Positions 48,950-62,879 of a DNA stretch of 64,000 bases are shown here, piece after piece. The notes under the pieces were generated by a model. The model was not told the origin of the DNA, did not search any database, and worked only from the letters and a program-made list of their open reading frames with translations. Source of the stretch: Callorhinchus milii (Eukaryota). Position 1 is the first letter of the stretch; each line of letters starts with the position of its first letter. The stretch lies in assembly GCF_018977255.1 (NCBI RefSeq), contig NW_024704765.1, positions 5,766,001 through 5,830,000 of the forward strand, given 5' to 3'. The position numbers were made by a program, and so were the translations under genes.

Positions 48950-51900
48950 ATGCTCAGACACAAAAGCTCTGAGTCAGAGGAGGACAGGAATGCGCTGATA
49001 GCCCTGGAGAAGGACGGATCGCAGCTTTTAATGGACACGTATGGCAGCACGCAGCGGAATGGAAACTACTACCCCACCTGCTGTGTGAGTTACCTCCTCG
49101 CTTGTTGCTGGCTGCTAACTGCACACACACATACCTCCCCTCCACACACACACACACACACGCCCCTCCTCTGCAGCAATTTCAACCTCAGCCACCACAA
49201 CAAATCTGGCTTCCTTTTTTTAAAAAAATCTTGTCTCAGGATTTTATTAAAGAAAAGTGAGAGGAGAGAGGGTTGGTTGAATCCACAACATTCCTCCACG
49301 TTCAACAATAGCGACAACTTGCAATTATATAGCTCCCTTCATATGGGGCATCATCTCGGAGCGCATTCGAGCTACGAGCTCAGCTCCCTTGTTAGGACCC
49401 TGGGCTTCAATCAGAAGACGGTTCAAGTAATCAGCCTGCTCTCAGGTGGACGTTAAAGATCCCGTGATGTTATCTGAAAAAAGACCTTTCTCCCTGTGGG
49501 GTCAGGGCTAACAATCCTCCACATAAGTCGGTCAATTGTGCAGAATTTGCCTAGAGAAGTCCCTACACTCGACGATAATTACGTTATTAATAATAATACC
49601 TACGTTTGATACAGTGTCTTTCATGTCAGGAAAGTGTCCCAAAGCGCTTTGTGGGATTCACTGTACAGAACAGTGACTGTGTTTTGTGGATGAACACATA
49701 GGATATAATAATAATAATCCTTGCATTTGATATAGCGTCTTATAATGTTGTCTCAAAGCGCTTCACAGGATACACTGTAAAGTGGATTGACTATATTTTG
49801 TGGGTGAAATGCACACTGTCGAGCACTTTGATGTGATGAATCTCCATAGTCTCTCTTCCTTGCCTTGCTGAACTATTAAGCTCCTGGGATTTTGTTGTAG
49901 ACACAAGTGTTAATGAAAAATGCATTGGCTCTTTATTTTTTTCACACCAGTTATAATCGCAAAGATATTTTGCAAAAGGATCTGGACCGAGATATTTTCG
50001 GGGAAAAATCAACCAGGTTTCGCTGCACTCAATTATTTGCACGTTATCTGGCTGTTTCATCGACAGCCCCACTTCACTTCCCAGCGCCTTCTGACACACA
50101 CACTGACCAGTGTCACTGACACAAACACTCTGACCAGTGCTACCTGCTCACCTATATACTGACCACTGACATGTAGCTCAATCTTGCTCATGTATTACAG
50201 GATGAGGAAGGTGATGAGGACTTCTACATCGGTTCTCATGGGAATTACAGCCCCGACCACAAAGGAAATTACTTCCGGGATGGGACAACCAAAGTGGGTA
50301 AGAGCTCGACCTGCCTGAGGAGGGAGAGAGCTAATGAGAACCGTGTTACTCTTCCATTGTCAATCATGGGGCCTGTGTGTCCTCAGCTCCTATTTGTCCT
50401 CCCGCTTGTCTCAGTTTTCTACTCTCTTGTAATAACAATATACCAATCCTTCAGGTAAGACGTTAAACTGAAGTTCCAAAATACTGTAAAGAATATACTG
50501 TAGGATAAATGCGGCAGCCAATTGTGCACAGAAATGTCCCACAAACAATTGTGGAATGAGTGACCAAAATATTTTTTGTATTTATTAGTTTGAAATCAGT
50601 TAAGCAAATAGCTTAAAATAGGTCCCGTGTTTGGACAGCGATGAGGATGTGTTTGTTGGGTGTCTGACCGGTGGCGATTCGATTCAACCCTCAGATTTCG
50701 TGCTGGTTTGGGAGGTGAAAGCGGTGGGACACAAGAAGAGGAAATTCGGTCCGCGCACCAGAAGACGCAGAAGGATGAGCGCGCCGCCGCGAAAGGCAGC
50801 GCGTCCCAAAAGCACCAGAAATGGAAAGACAAGTTTGTGAGGAATCTACAGAATGCTGGACTCCACATGGAGCAGGTGGGCAGCATCCACAGCAATTGTC
50901 TATGTCTATAAGTCACATGGCCGAATGCTTCCCGGGTGCGGAGGGTGGGGGATTGGGGCAGACACGAGTGCCGTGCGTGCAGTTTCCTCACAACAAACTC
51001 CCTCTTTCCCCAGGGAGAAACTTCTCTACATCCTTCACCCCCCCCCCCATCTCGCTCTGCAGTGTGTGAGCTGGGCCACAGCAGTGTGAGTGTGGAGTGT
51101 GTGCAGCAGCACTGAGCTTAGCTGGGATCCTTGTACACAGTGTGTAATCTGCTGCTCTCTCATGTCACTCGCCTATAGGAGGAGACCGTCACTGAGAGGA
51201 AGAGCATTTGCTATCTGAAGCTGAGCGCACCTTGGGATGTGTTAGTCTATTATGCGGAGGAGCTGTGTATGAGAGCACCCTTGCAGGTTAGTGAGAGAAC
51301 ATTGCACACTCACATAATAATAATCCTTGCATTTAACACAGCGCCTTGTCACGTCTTTGAGACATCTCAAAGCGCTTCACAGAATATACTGCAAAGTGAA
51401 TTGACTGTATATTTGTGGGCGAAACGCGGCAGCCAATGGCACACAGCAGCGTCCCCACAAACAATCGTGGATTGAGTGATGAATTTATTATTACTATCGC
51501 CGTGCTCACTGATCCTCTGTGTTATGTACAGGCACAGCCCAATCCCAGCATGAACTCATCAGAGGAGATCCTGAGAAAGCTGCGAATCCCAAACTACCTG
51601 TCGGAGCCGGTGCCCAACAAGCCTCTGGATTACTACACGTGCCCATTCCGCAGATCCAAACTGCAGAGGTGAGTGAGTGTGCGATCCTTTCTCCTCAGAG
51701 ACTCAAGACCACACCAGGTTCAACCCCGTACTCCCATAAACCCTCGCCCGAGCTGAGCCTTGCTCCGCTGCTTGCAGGTGGTGAGTTAGTTGAAGGCTGA
51801 TGCTTTAGTGTAGTGGTTAGCCCACTCGCCTCACAAGCGAGAGTACCCAGGTTCGATTGCCGGGTGGCTTGAAACCTTAGGAAAGTTTCCTTACTCCACA

Positions 51901-54900
51901 CACATGCTTCCGTTTACCTAGCAGTAAGTTGGAATCCATTCCACGACTGTGGGGCTGGCAGTTGCCTGTGGCCAGTCAGCCACAGCTGTGTCCCAGCCAG
52001 AGCAAGTGAGGCTAGCCACTGCCCAAATAGCCTCGACATGGTCTAGTCACAGAGCAGGAACACGACTGTGACCCAATCAGCACCCAGGCCCACCTGTGGC
52101 TATCCGCCCGGCCTCAAACCTCCTGTTCCTCCTCTCTTCCCAAACCAGTGAGTGTGAAAGCCAGAAAAGGAGATAAGAGGCCGTGCAGAGAGCGACGGAG
52201 CGGGAGATAATGATGTTGTCAAGCTTCACTCTCTGTTGTCATGGATCCCAAACCTTGCAGGGGAGTGAGGCCTGGGTGATATTTAGCACTTCTCTCTCTC
52301 TGAGGCAACTCAGAATTTTCTTCCTTACATCCTGTTTTGCTTCACCAGGTTTTTGGGAAGCGATGATCATGAGACCTATTTTACAAACACTCAACGGCAC
52401 CGCATTGTAAGTACTAGGTGTGAGGAGCAATTATCACCTGTGTTTATTATCACATCACATGTTCCATATGTCACTCTAGCGTGGATTGCGCAGTGAGATT
52501 TTCTTTGCCGTTGGATGCTGTGGGATTAAGACTGATGTTTTGGGGCTGAGGGTATGTGTGGGGAGGGAGGGTGGGATGGGGTGTGAGGGGGTGCGATTCT
52601 GAGGCCCCTCTTGATTGTCCCTTTTTTACCAGGTGTATGAAATTCTGGCTAGAACAGTGTATGGGAAGAGGAAGCGGGCTGAGATCGGAATTGACCGCTT
52701 GTTAAATGAAGGAGTTTTTGCTTCTGCATTCCCGCTGCATGAGGTGAGAGGCGTAGAGCTGTGGGGGACCACCTGGTGGGGGGGGAAATCGCCCTGTGAG
52801 AGTGTAATCGGCTTTGTTATAACCATTTCTGCTGCTGCGTCCCTCCATCCCACAGTCCCTTCGCCTCGCCCCCCTTCCTTGCTTGCTTCAGGCCCTATCT
52901 TAAGCTACGTACAGTGCCTTTGGGACGTCCTCCTGACATGAAAGCCGCGGTGTACATGTAATTTGTTGTTGCCGTTGTGATGAGGTGCTGCGTCGGCTGC
53001 TGTCTGTGGTGTGTGACTGACGGCCTCTCGCTGTGTTCTGTGCTGCTGTGCCCGCTCAGGGCCCGTTTGAGCTGCCAGACTACGTCGTCCCCGCGGAAGA
53101 ACTGAACCCGAGGCAAGTTCTGTACAACTACTGGGCTCGCTGGGCCAAGTGGTGCAGGTACCAGCCGCTGGATCACATCCGCGAGTACTTTGGGGAAAAG
53201 ATCGCCATTTACTTTGCCTGGCTGGGTGAGTCACTGCAGCTTCCCCTCAGGCAGGTTGTCCCGACCCAACTGTCCAGCGCCTTGGGACGTCCTCCCGACG
53301 CGAAAGGCGCTCTATAAATGAAATCTTGTTGTTGTTGTTGTTGAGTGTTCAGCGGGGAGAGAGCGCGTGGGGGAGTGGGACTGATTGTCCCACTCATATA
53401 AATGCTAGTTGTTGTTGTTCAAGCAAAGTAAATGTTGACCTGGGTGGAATCTCGCCCCTGATGTGAGCAGCAGCTGGGGTTTGATGTATGTCATATAACC
53501 CTCTCCCCTGTGTAGGGTTTTACACGGCCTGGCTGTTGCCAGCTGCTCTCGTCGGGACGTTTGTCTTTATATCTGGGCTGATCTCGATGAAGACCAACAA
53601 GCAAATGTAAGTCACAGTCAGGGGGGGAGAGACTATCAGCGCCTCTCACACATAACCCACTAAAACCCTCGCCGGGTTTCCTGTAGAATTATAAGCGTAA
53701 CAACTCGCACTTATATACAGAGAGCACCGTTTACACGCTCGATCAGCCTCTCAAAGTGCTTCGCAGAATCGTTCCGTGACCAAAAGATTGAGCCCACACT
53801 CACAATGGCTGTGCCTCTGCTCAAGCTCGTAGCATCTCTGCTCACACTTGCTGCGCCTCTTTCTGCTCACACTCGCTGTGCCACTGCTCACACTGGCATG
53901 GCTGAGCACACAGTGACCATGTGCGTTTCCTCTCACAGAGAAGAGGTCTGTAACAGCAGCAGCCAGTACCTCCTGTGTCCTTTGTGTGACAACTGTGGCA
54001 CGTGGAACCTCTCAGAGACCTGTTCCATGGCTTACGTAGGTTACGTCACGCATGTTTACTATTGACCTGTCTACAGTTGTATGTTAATGGCTGATGTGAT
54101 TCTCTATTGATTGGCAAATAATAATAATAACAATAATAATCCTTATATTTGATGCAGGACCTTTTCACATCTTCAAGACATCTCAACGCACTTCGTAGAA
54201 TATACTGTAAAGTGTAGTGACTGTATATTTTGTGGACGACAATATATTAAGCTGCCAGTGTGAATGCTCGAAAGGTAGCGTGGCTCACAGGGCCAGAGTA
54301 AACCGTATATCCCGTGAAGCGCTTTGATACATCTGGAAGACGTGATCAGGCACGATATCAAATGCAAGGATTATTATTATTTATTTATTATTATGAATCT
54401 TGCGAGTGACCCTCCTGTCTTTGCCCTGCAGATGGGTTACCTCTTTGACCACCCAGGCACCGTCTTCTTCAGCATCTTCATGTCTCTGTGGGCCGTGGCC
54501 TTCCTGGAGTACTGGAAACGGACCAACGCCATGTTGGCCCATCACTGGGATTGTGCAGACTTCCAGGAGGAGGAGGCAAGTGTCTGAGCTTCCCATTAGC
54601 AACTGTCCAGGGTGGCCACAAAGTCCTATTACCTTCCCCCCACCCAAAACCCCTTTTTATATACTGTATATTTAACAACAAACAACAGCTTGCAGTTATA
54701 TTGCACCCCTCACACAAGGTAGCGGCCCAGAGCACTTAATATTTGTAAGCATTGGATTCTTTGCACTTAAAGGTAACGGGATCTGATGTGAGGTGTCAGT
54801 GTGGCTTTAGATGAAGTTTAAGCTCAGCGCTTTGCCCGAGGCTCTGTAACCCCAGCCTCTCTCCCCCCCTCTCTCCCCACTCCCCTTCTCTCTCTTCCCC

Positions 54901-57900
54901 ACCACGCCCCCTCCCGCACACAGGAGCGGCCGAGACCTGAGTTTGCTGCCATGGCACCGAAAATGGAACAGAATCCCATCACTGGGGTCAAGGAGCCGCA
55001 CTTTCCGGAGAGGGACCGGCTTTCCCGCGTCATCACAGGTTCCATGGTCATCATCGTCATGGTGAGGACACACAGTCTGGACAGGGCTAGCTAAATGTGT
55101 TCATTTTAATGGTAATTCTCATGGATTAATTTGTTTTTCTCTTCCATTCCTTTTCTCACCGTTACCCTCCTCCTGGCACCATCACCATTTCCGACCCTCT
55201 CTTTCTCGTTCAATCTGCCCCCCCCCTTGTCTCTCCACAACCCTCACCCCTCCTCCCCTGCCACTGTTCGTCTTGATTTGTTTCCCTGCTCGCCCCCCCC
55301 CCCCCCCCCCACCCGCTGTACTCCCATCGGCTGTGTGGCCTCCAGCTCTTTGTGGTGATGATCTTCTTGGTGACGGTGATCATGTACCGTGGGATCATCA
55401 GCCTGATGATGTACCAGACCGGCAACTCCATCCTCATCACCCAGGTCAGACAGACAGACAGACGGACAAATTACATTTACACAGCATCTTTCATGTCGGG
55501 AGGACGTCCCAAGGCACTGGACAGTCAGGGATTTGAACCCAAACTGGGGGCCGAGATCAGGGAGGTGGAGGGCGGGTGGGTGGAGGTAGAAGGGTGGCCA
55601 AAGGCACGGTCAAAGATGAGGGTCTTTGAATTGACTTGAAGCAGGCAAGGGAGGGAGCGAGGCGAAGTGGGATGGAGTTCCAATGGGTGGGGTAAGCACT
55701 CCTGGCCTGTCGCTGAGTCAGCTGGGATAACAACAGGAGCAGAGTGCCCTGTGTTGTGATAATCCTCACATCACACAGCGAACATCTGACTTCTACGTAC
55801 AGTGCGTTGGAGGGAGGCCAGATTGACGCTGCTGTGACTCCCCACAGGCTGGGAACATTGCCAACATCAGCAGCTCCATGGTGAATCTCATGCTCATCCT
55901 CCTGATGAGCCAGGTCTACACCTCACTGGCTGAGCAGCTCACCCGATGGGGTAAGGAACCCTCCGAGCTAGAGGTCTATGGATTGTGGGGTGCCGATCGT
56001 GTGTGCGTCTAACTTTGCAGCGTTGTGTGTGTGTGTGAGTGTATACATGTGTGTACGCGCACCAATGTTGCTGCTACCAGTTCTATAATAATAATTTGCA
56101 TTTGACACAGCGCCTTATCACGTCTTTGAGACGTCTCAAAGCGCTTCACAGGATACACTGTAAAGTGAATTTACTGTATATTTTGTGGGCGAAACACGCC
56201 AGCCAATTGTGCACAGCAGTGTCCCCACAAACAGCCGTGGGTTGAGTCACCAAATTATTATTGGTTCCTACACGAGTGCTCTTGTCCTTCACAGAGATGC
56301 ACCGCACGCAGACGCAGTTCGAAGACGCCTTCATCTTCAAAGTGTTCGTGTTCCAGTTTGTGAACTTCTACTCCTCCCCGTTTTACGTGGCGTTCGTTAA
56401 AGGCAGGTGGGTCACAGACGGCAACAAGAGGGAAATAGCCTGGGTGACCAGTGTGCGGTTGGAGCTTGTTAATAGCTACAGTCACTACACAGCACTGACA
56501 CAGTAAAGGTGCAGCTGAACGTATCAACGCTATCTACCTGATTACCATTGTACCACAAACAGCCATGGATTACAAGGGGGATTTTGTTTTATTCCGTGTA
56601 ATTGCCAGGCTATATATGCCAGTGACTGAGCCCTCACTCACTGTGTGACTGTCTGTCCTGCTGTCTGTTTGCTCAGGTTTGTGGGCTACCCGGGGCACTA
56701 TGGCAAGCTGTTCGGCATGAGGAACGAGGATGTAAGTCCAGGCTGGATAGGAGCATTGCACGGGAGAAATCACTATTCATTCACTCTCACTCACTCACAC
56801 ACACACACATATTCACATACACTCACTCACACAAATACACACAAATACATACAGAAATACACTTTCACACTCACACAAATACACACACACACACACAAAA
56901 ACACTCACATAAATGCAAAGACACACAAAAGCCTGATACTGACAGCCTGAAACTAGCTGGCACTGTTGTTTGCCCTGACAGTGTGGGCCTGGAGGGTGCC
57001 TGATCGAGTTGGCCGAGCAGCTTTTCATCATCATGGTGGGGAAGCAGATCATCAGCAACATCCAGGAGTTTATCATCCCGTGAGTAAGGCCTTCCCACAG
57101 CGCCCCAGGTGCAGACTCCCCTGAGAGCCAGCAGAATGACCGCCAGGAGAGACAGAGATGAGCAACAATCACCAGGAAAGGTCTCTCCACATCAGCACCG
57201 GCTCCAAGGAGAGCAAACAAGTCAGTCAGGGTAGGACAAGGAGGTGAAGGGTTGGGCGTGTGAAGGGAGGAGCGGTTGGAGAGAAAAGTAGAGAGAAGTT
57301 AGGTAGTATGTTCAGAGGACAGGGAGTAATAATAATAATAATAATAATCCTGCATTTGATATATGACCATTTGTATTTTTTTTGGTCGTCTGGGTGTCTG
57401 ACACATATGGAAACCCATCCCCGTGCTTAAGAGTATTCAAACCAAATTGAGATTTCCATAAATCCCCGACATAGTTGTAGGAATGGAATGTGCACTGTCT
57501 CTCTCCTTGGAGGGATGCATCCTGCTTACCTAATTCCGGGAAGCATTTGGTGAAGGTTGGCAAGGTAACTGCTGGAGTCTAACCAGCTAAAACCATTACT
57601 TTCCTCCTCTCGAAGCCTCCATTTAATTCACTTTCAAATCAGGCTACGAACTCTTAGCTCAACCGTGGCTTTTGGCAGAGTGTTCCACGTTCTTCCCACC
57701 CGCTGTGTAAAGATTTTTTTTATTTGCTAACGGCCAATTCTCTTCCTAAATCCTCTGCGGCCACTGGGGTGTCAGCAAGCTGAAGACCTGGTGGCAGAAA
57801 CGGAAGCTGTCTCTCCTGCGAGGTTCTCAGATCTGCCAGGCACCCAGACGCTGGGAGGAGGATTATGAGCTCATCGACTGCGAGGGACTGTTTGAGGAAT

Positions 57901-60876
57901 ATCTGGAAATGGGTGAGTGAGCTCACAAATATCATAAGCCTAGACTCGGGTGAAACTTTGGCCCCTTGCATTGGATTCCCAGGAAGGACACTGGACTCCT
58001 GTTTAGAAACGGTTTAGTGCAGTAACGGGAGAAAAGTCAGGTGGGAATTCCAAAAGAATGAGATAGAATGGACCGAAGATCCTTCTTCACGTGTATCTTA
58101 CCTTGTGTTTGTCAGTGTGGTGTGATGTGGTGAGTCAGTGTTGATGCTCTCTCTCTCTCTCCTTCCCTCCCTCCTGACGGCCAGTGCTGCAGTTTGGCTT
58201 CATCACTATCTTCGTGGCTGCGTTCCCGTTGGCTCCGCTCTTCGCTCTGCTTAATAACTGGGTGGAGATCCGCCTGGACGCCCAAAAGTTTGTGTGTGAT
58301 TACCGGCGGCCGGTGGCGGAGCGGGCTCAGGACATCGGGGTCTGGTTCAACATCCTGGAAGCCCTGGCTCAGCTCTCAGTCATCATCAACGTGAGTCACT
58401 GAAACATGGAGTCACTGTGAACCAGAGATGATCAGATAAGACACTCGAGAGACCGTCACCCATGCTAGTTTGGTCACTGAATCCACGGCTATTTGTGGGA
58501 CGCTGCTGTACGTAATTGACTGCCATGTTTCACCCACAAAATGTACAGTCAATTCACTTTACAGCATATCCTGTGAAGAGCTTTGAGACGTCTCGAAGGC
58601 ATTGTATCAAATGAAAAGTTTGTTATTATTACTAAAGATTACTTGTGGATAATTGGGTACCCTGCAAAATACTGCTTTGATACGGTGCTAACCAAAAGCT
58701 TCTTCCAACACGAGTCAGTGAGAGTAATAATAATAATACTGAATATGACTAATAATAATAGTAATAATGATAATCCTTGCTTTTCATCACGTCGTTGAGA
58801 CGTCTTTAAGCGCTTCAGCCTAGGCCGTGGGCTCAACTCAACCCTCGCTGCCACAATTGTCTCAAATAGAGGCAAGACTGAACCAAACTGAGATGTTACT
58901 GTGAGTGTTCTGAATGACATGTGTCTGATCCCTCTGACTCTATAAACCACTTAAGCCTGTGCTTATTCCTGTCCGATCCAGGCTTTTCTGATTGCGTTCA
59001 CGTCTGACTTTCTGCCCCGCCTGCTCTACCAGTACGAGTATGACAGTGACCTGAATGGATACGTGAACTTCACACTGGCCTACTCCCCACGAAGCAACAG
59101 CAACTACACCATGTGCAGGTGGGAGAACCTGGGTTGCCTTACAGTTACTGTAGGGAACTCTTCCCCCTTCCTTTCCATGGGTCTTATCAAGGTCTGCCTT
59201 CCTGGGCAATCTCTTCCACATATTCACTGCCCTCTGCGTAAATTAATTAATTCAATCCCAAACTGCCTGCTCACATGGCTCCTCTTCTGAGACTGAGGCT
59301 ATAGTTCCCTTTGCTGCAGAGATTCTGACCAAGTTTAATGTGTTCGTGGCAACATACAGTCTCAAGTTAGAAAAGGAATTAGCAGACGTGCAAGAAGCAG
59401 GCTCTTCCCTCCACAGCCCCCATCCCCGGACCCCGATATTGATATCAGTGAAGCCAAGTTATGCATTCAACCTGTGTCTTGCGGAACTCTTGTAGGAGTG
59501 AGTGCTGGTTAGCGGGATTGTACTCCACCACTAGCTGCATCCGCTTGGCTGGCTCCGGCCTCCTGTTTGTCCCTTGTCTCCTCCGCTCCATCATCAACTC
59601 TCTCTCAATCCTTCCGGCTCGCAGTGTTTATTGGTAGCCTGATGCTGTAGTTCTCACACTCGGATGTTCGCAGCTCCTCGCTTCCTGATGATGGTTTGCT
59701 AATCCCGTGATGCTGTTTTCAGGTACAAAGCTTTCCGGGATCCAGATGGGAATCTCACGCTCTTCTACTGGAAGCTGCTGGCAGTTCGACTCGGATTCAT
59801 TATTGCCTTTGAGGTATTGCCGGGATGGGCCGGATACACACCAGAGGTTACTGTGCAAACCTGTAGCTCAGTGATTGGAGCGCTCACCTCGCAAGTTGAA
59901 CCTGGGTTCGATTCCCGGGCAGGGGACACTTTGGGCAAGTTTCCTTACTCCACACACCTGTTCACCAGCAGTAAGTAGGAACCCAGTTGTTAGTCGATTG
60001 GCGGATCACTTTTCTGGGAGTAATAATTCCTTCAAAAAAAATAATAATTTGGTCCACTCAATCTGACTGTTTGTGGGGACACTGCTGTGCGCAATTGGCT
60101 GCTGTGTTTCGCCCACAAAACATACAGTCAATTCACTTTACAGTATATCCTGGGGTGAAGCGCTTTGAGATGATGTGTTGTTGTCTCTGACCTCGATTTT
60201 ATCTGGGCGATTGATGGCAAGGAGACATCCCCCACCAGCACTGTGCTGGAGCATCAGCCTCGACTGCGAGCTCCAAGACCTGATGTGGGGGTTGAACCCA
60301 CACCCTCCTGACTCGGAGGTGAGAGTGCGAGGGCCTGAGCCAGGCTGACTGACAGCCGTTGCCCTTTTGTTGCAGCACGTGGTGTTCTTCATCCTGAGAG
60401 TGATTGACTGGCTGGTGCCCGATGTCCCCGAGTCGCTGGAGGTGAAGGTGAAGCGGGAGCGATATCTGGCCAAACAGGCACTGGCGGACAATCAGGATGC
60501 TCTCCTGCAGGTGAGTCAGTGCTTGGTTTACCCAGGGCAGTGTTTGCGGTGGGTCTGGGTCTAGCTCCGGCTCTGTCCCTCTCACCCAGTGTGCAGGGGA
60601 CGATTGCACAAGGGTGACAGCAGCTTTCATTAAACTGTCCCATCAGCCTTAGACTGAAGGGATGGAGGAGGGTGATGGGATGGAGGGTTGGAGGAGGTAG
60701 AGAAATGGAGGAGAGTGGAGGGATGGAGGAGGAGGGTGACGGAATGATTTCCTCCTGACGTGACAGACGCTGTGTAAATGTAATGTGTTGTTGTTGTGTC
60801 TGGGCCTGTCATGACTTCACTGCTGTGTGTGTGTGTGTGTGTGTCTCAGGAAGTGGTGTATCACGCAGCACCCTGA
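48950..60876 (+). CDS. ANO7: Anoctamin-7-like (TMEM16 family), 23 coding exons, ~887 aa; 1-nt frameshift in exon 3 as given
   Basis: Exons 48950-49084, 50201-50297, 50695-50875, 51179-51286, 51532-51668, 52349-52406, 52633-52743, 53060-53225, 53516-53606, 53939-54035, 54432-54575 (GC donor), 54924-55061, 55346-55444, 55848-55950, 56295-56406, 56677-56731, 56982-57079, 57776-57912, 58185-58390, 58982-59118, 59723-59813, 60376-60510, 60850-60876. Motifs [59 protein letters not shown], Ca2+-site NIQEF / EYLEM / [11 protein letters not shown]. The last exon is less certain. The symbol denotes ANO7 subfamily, not proven 1:1 orthology. Confidence 0.88.
55490..55720 (-). mobile_element. L2-like LINE 3' remnant in an ANO7-like intron
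   Basis: Minus strand reads ...[22 protein letters not shown]..., followed by the shared tail. Confidence 0.65.
59860..60185 (+). mobile_element. tRNA-derived SINE copy (subfamily with AGCAGTAAGTAGGAACCC segment)
   Basis: Head ctgtagctcagtgattggagcgctc...ggttcgattcc, Deu-like core, tail. Confidence 0.85.
60215..60350 (-). mobile_element. 5' part of a second tRNA-SINE family
   Basis: Minus strand gtcagcctggctcag...actctcacctccgagtcaggagggtgtgggttcaacccc. Similar degraded pieces lie near 7690-7800, 23630-23790 and 32255-32370. Confidence 0.6.
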
Positions 60877-61250
60877 GCCAGGAGCTGCCGGCCTGAGCCA
60901 GGATAGAGATGGATGCCCAATTGGCTGGATCCCCTCCAACCACTCCCCGGTGGGTCAGAGAGTTGATGCCGTGGATGGCAGTGGCAATGGAGCTGCCGGA
61001 GGCTGCGATTGACTCTGAGGGGAAGTTGATGCATTGGTTTGATGTGCGCTGGGGACCTGGCATGTTGTACCCTCCCAGCTAGCTGTGCATGGCTATGATG
61101 TGCCTCTGTGATCAGGGTGGGGAAAGTGCTTAGGTAGAAGGTGCCTTTACTGTTCTTTGACCAGGGCTGTACTTTGTGATTTGTTTCCCTCACTCTTTCC
61201 TGAGCTGCGTCCCCTCCATCCTGACCTGTTCTCTCTCCTCGCCCTTACCT

Positions 61251-61580
61251 GGAGTCCTGTAGCGAAGTGGTCAGAGCACTTAGGGTTTGATTCCCGGCCG
61301 GGCAAAACGTCAAGCAAATTTCCTTACTCCACATGCCTCTCTGTTTACCTAGCAGTAAGTAGGAACCCGGCTGTTAGTCGATTGGCAGATCACTTTCCGG
61401 GGATAACAATCCCTTCAACTAAAAATAATAATAATTATTATTCACGACTGTTTGTGGGACACTGCTGTGTGCAGTTTCACCCACAAAATATACAGTCAAT
61501 TCACCATACAGTGTATTCTGTGAAGCACTTTGAGACGTCCCGAAGACGTGATAAGGTCCTATATCAAATGCAAGGAATAT
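61251..61580 (+). mobile_element. tRNA-derived SINE copy in the ANO7-like 3' region
   Basis: GGAGTCCTGTAGCGAAGTGG head, core and tail shared with the other copies. Confidence 0.85.
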
Positions 61581-62879
61581 TGCTGCCCTCTGACCGTGGG
61601 GTGATGGCTCGGTGCGATGAATTCTCAGCTCAGTCGCTGTTCACTATCAGAAGAGATCTCATAAGATGGGCTCAGATGAAGAAAGCTCTTTGGCCCATTT
61701 GATCTTATCCTTGCAGATTCCCCATCCTCCTGTCTACCCATCGCAGCATTGAGCTGTTTGGTTAAGAGTCCAATGTCTCTTACATAGCTCACTAACCTTG
61801 CTGCATCAATGGCTTTGAGATTGATGGGGGGGGGGAAAAAAAATCAGTTTTTGGACCAAACCATTTCTGCCAAAGACAGAGAGAATGGCATTGAGTCCCA
61901 TGGCTAGTCTTTAGGAATGGATGGAGGGATGTGACTGTTATCAGGCTTTCCCCATTTGGACTCTGCTTGATTGAAGAACACTGTTTAGAAATGCCACAAA
62001 CCGGCCCCATAATGCAGTGTCCCCCACCTCTTGTTAAGTCTCAGACGCACGTCCTGCATGTGTGTATATTTGTTCTTACAGCCATATATGTATAGTCAAT
62101 CACGTGTGCTCATAGTAATTTACATGGGTGCAAGAGGCATGACTCCAATCAGCCCCTCCGTTTTGAGGGTACAGCCCACGCATGTTTTACATTGCAGCAG
62201 GAAGACAGGCTTGGACTCTGTTCCACATCTATAGTTGAGCCCGAATATTGGTGCAACCAGAGAGGTTACAAAGCTGATAATGGGGTGAAAATTCCACGGT
62301 GTTTCTCAATGGATTTGGGGGTCGTAATTCTACCCTAGGTCTCGGTTCACTCAGTTTCTCTATTTATGCAGCATTTCAGTGTACAGAACTCTTTAAGCAA
62401 ATTTTTTGTAAACAGCTTTAACGTCCCAGCTGTTTTTCCTCCTAAATGTCCTTTCAAGAAACTGCAAGAGGCTCACTTCAAATTTAAGACCACATTCAAC
62501 CATTTGCCATTTTTGGGATGCTCTGAAGTGCTACTTTAGTGCTACTAAATAAAGTCAATCTAGATTTTTCTCCCTCGCCCTCCCTGCTCGCACCCCCTTG
62601 ATGTGATAATTATAAAACATTACCAACTTTTGTATTTTTTAATATAGCACAGGTTTCCTGACTTTATGAACAGCGTAAAATTGTGTTGTTTTATAACCGA
62701 TTCCATGCAATTTAAATTTATTAATCTATTAAATGCATCCCTGAGGGAGAACTGAATAGAGGGGTACAGTGAAGGGAATTCAGAGGGCTGAGGGCTCCTG
62801 TGGAGGGTTAAACACCAGCACAGACCTGTTGGGCTGAATGGCCTGTTTCTGTGCTGTAACCTTCTGTATTTGAGTACAT

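Noticed and set aside
60827-61012. Longer alternative C-terminus for the ANO7-like protein
   Set aside because: It is out of phase with the phase-0 donor at 60510; the in-phase reading gives EVVYHAAP-stop.
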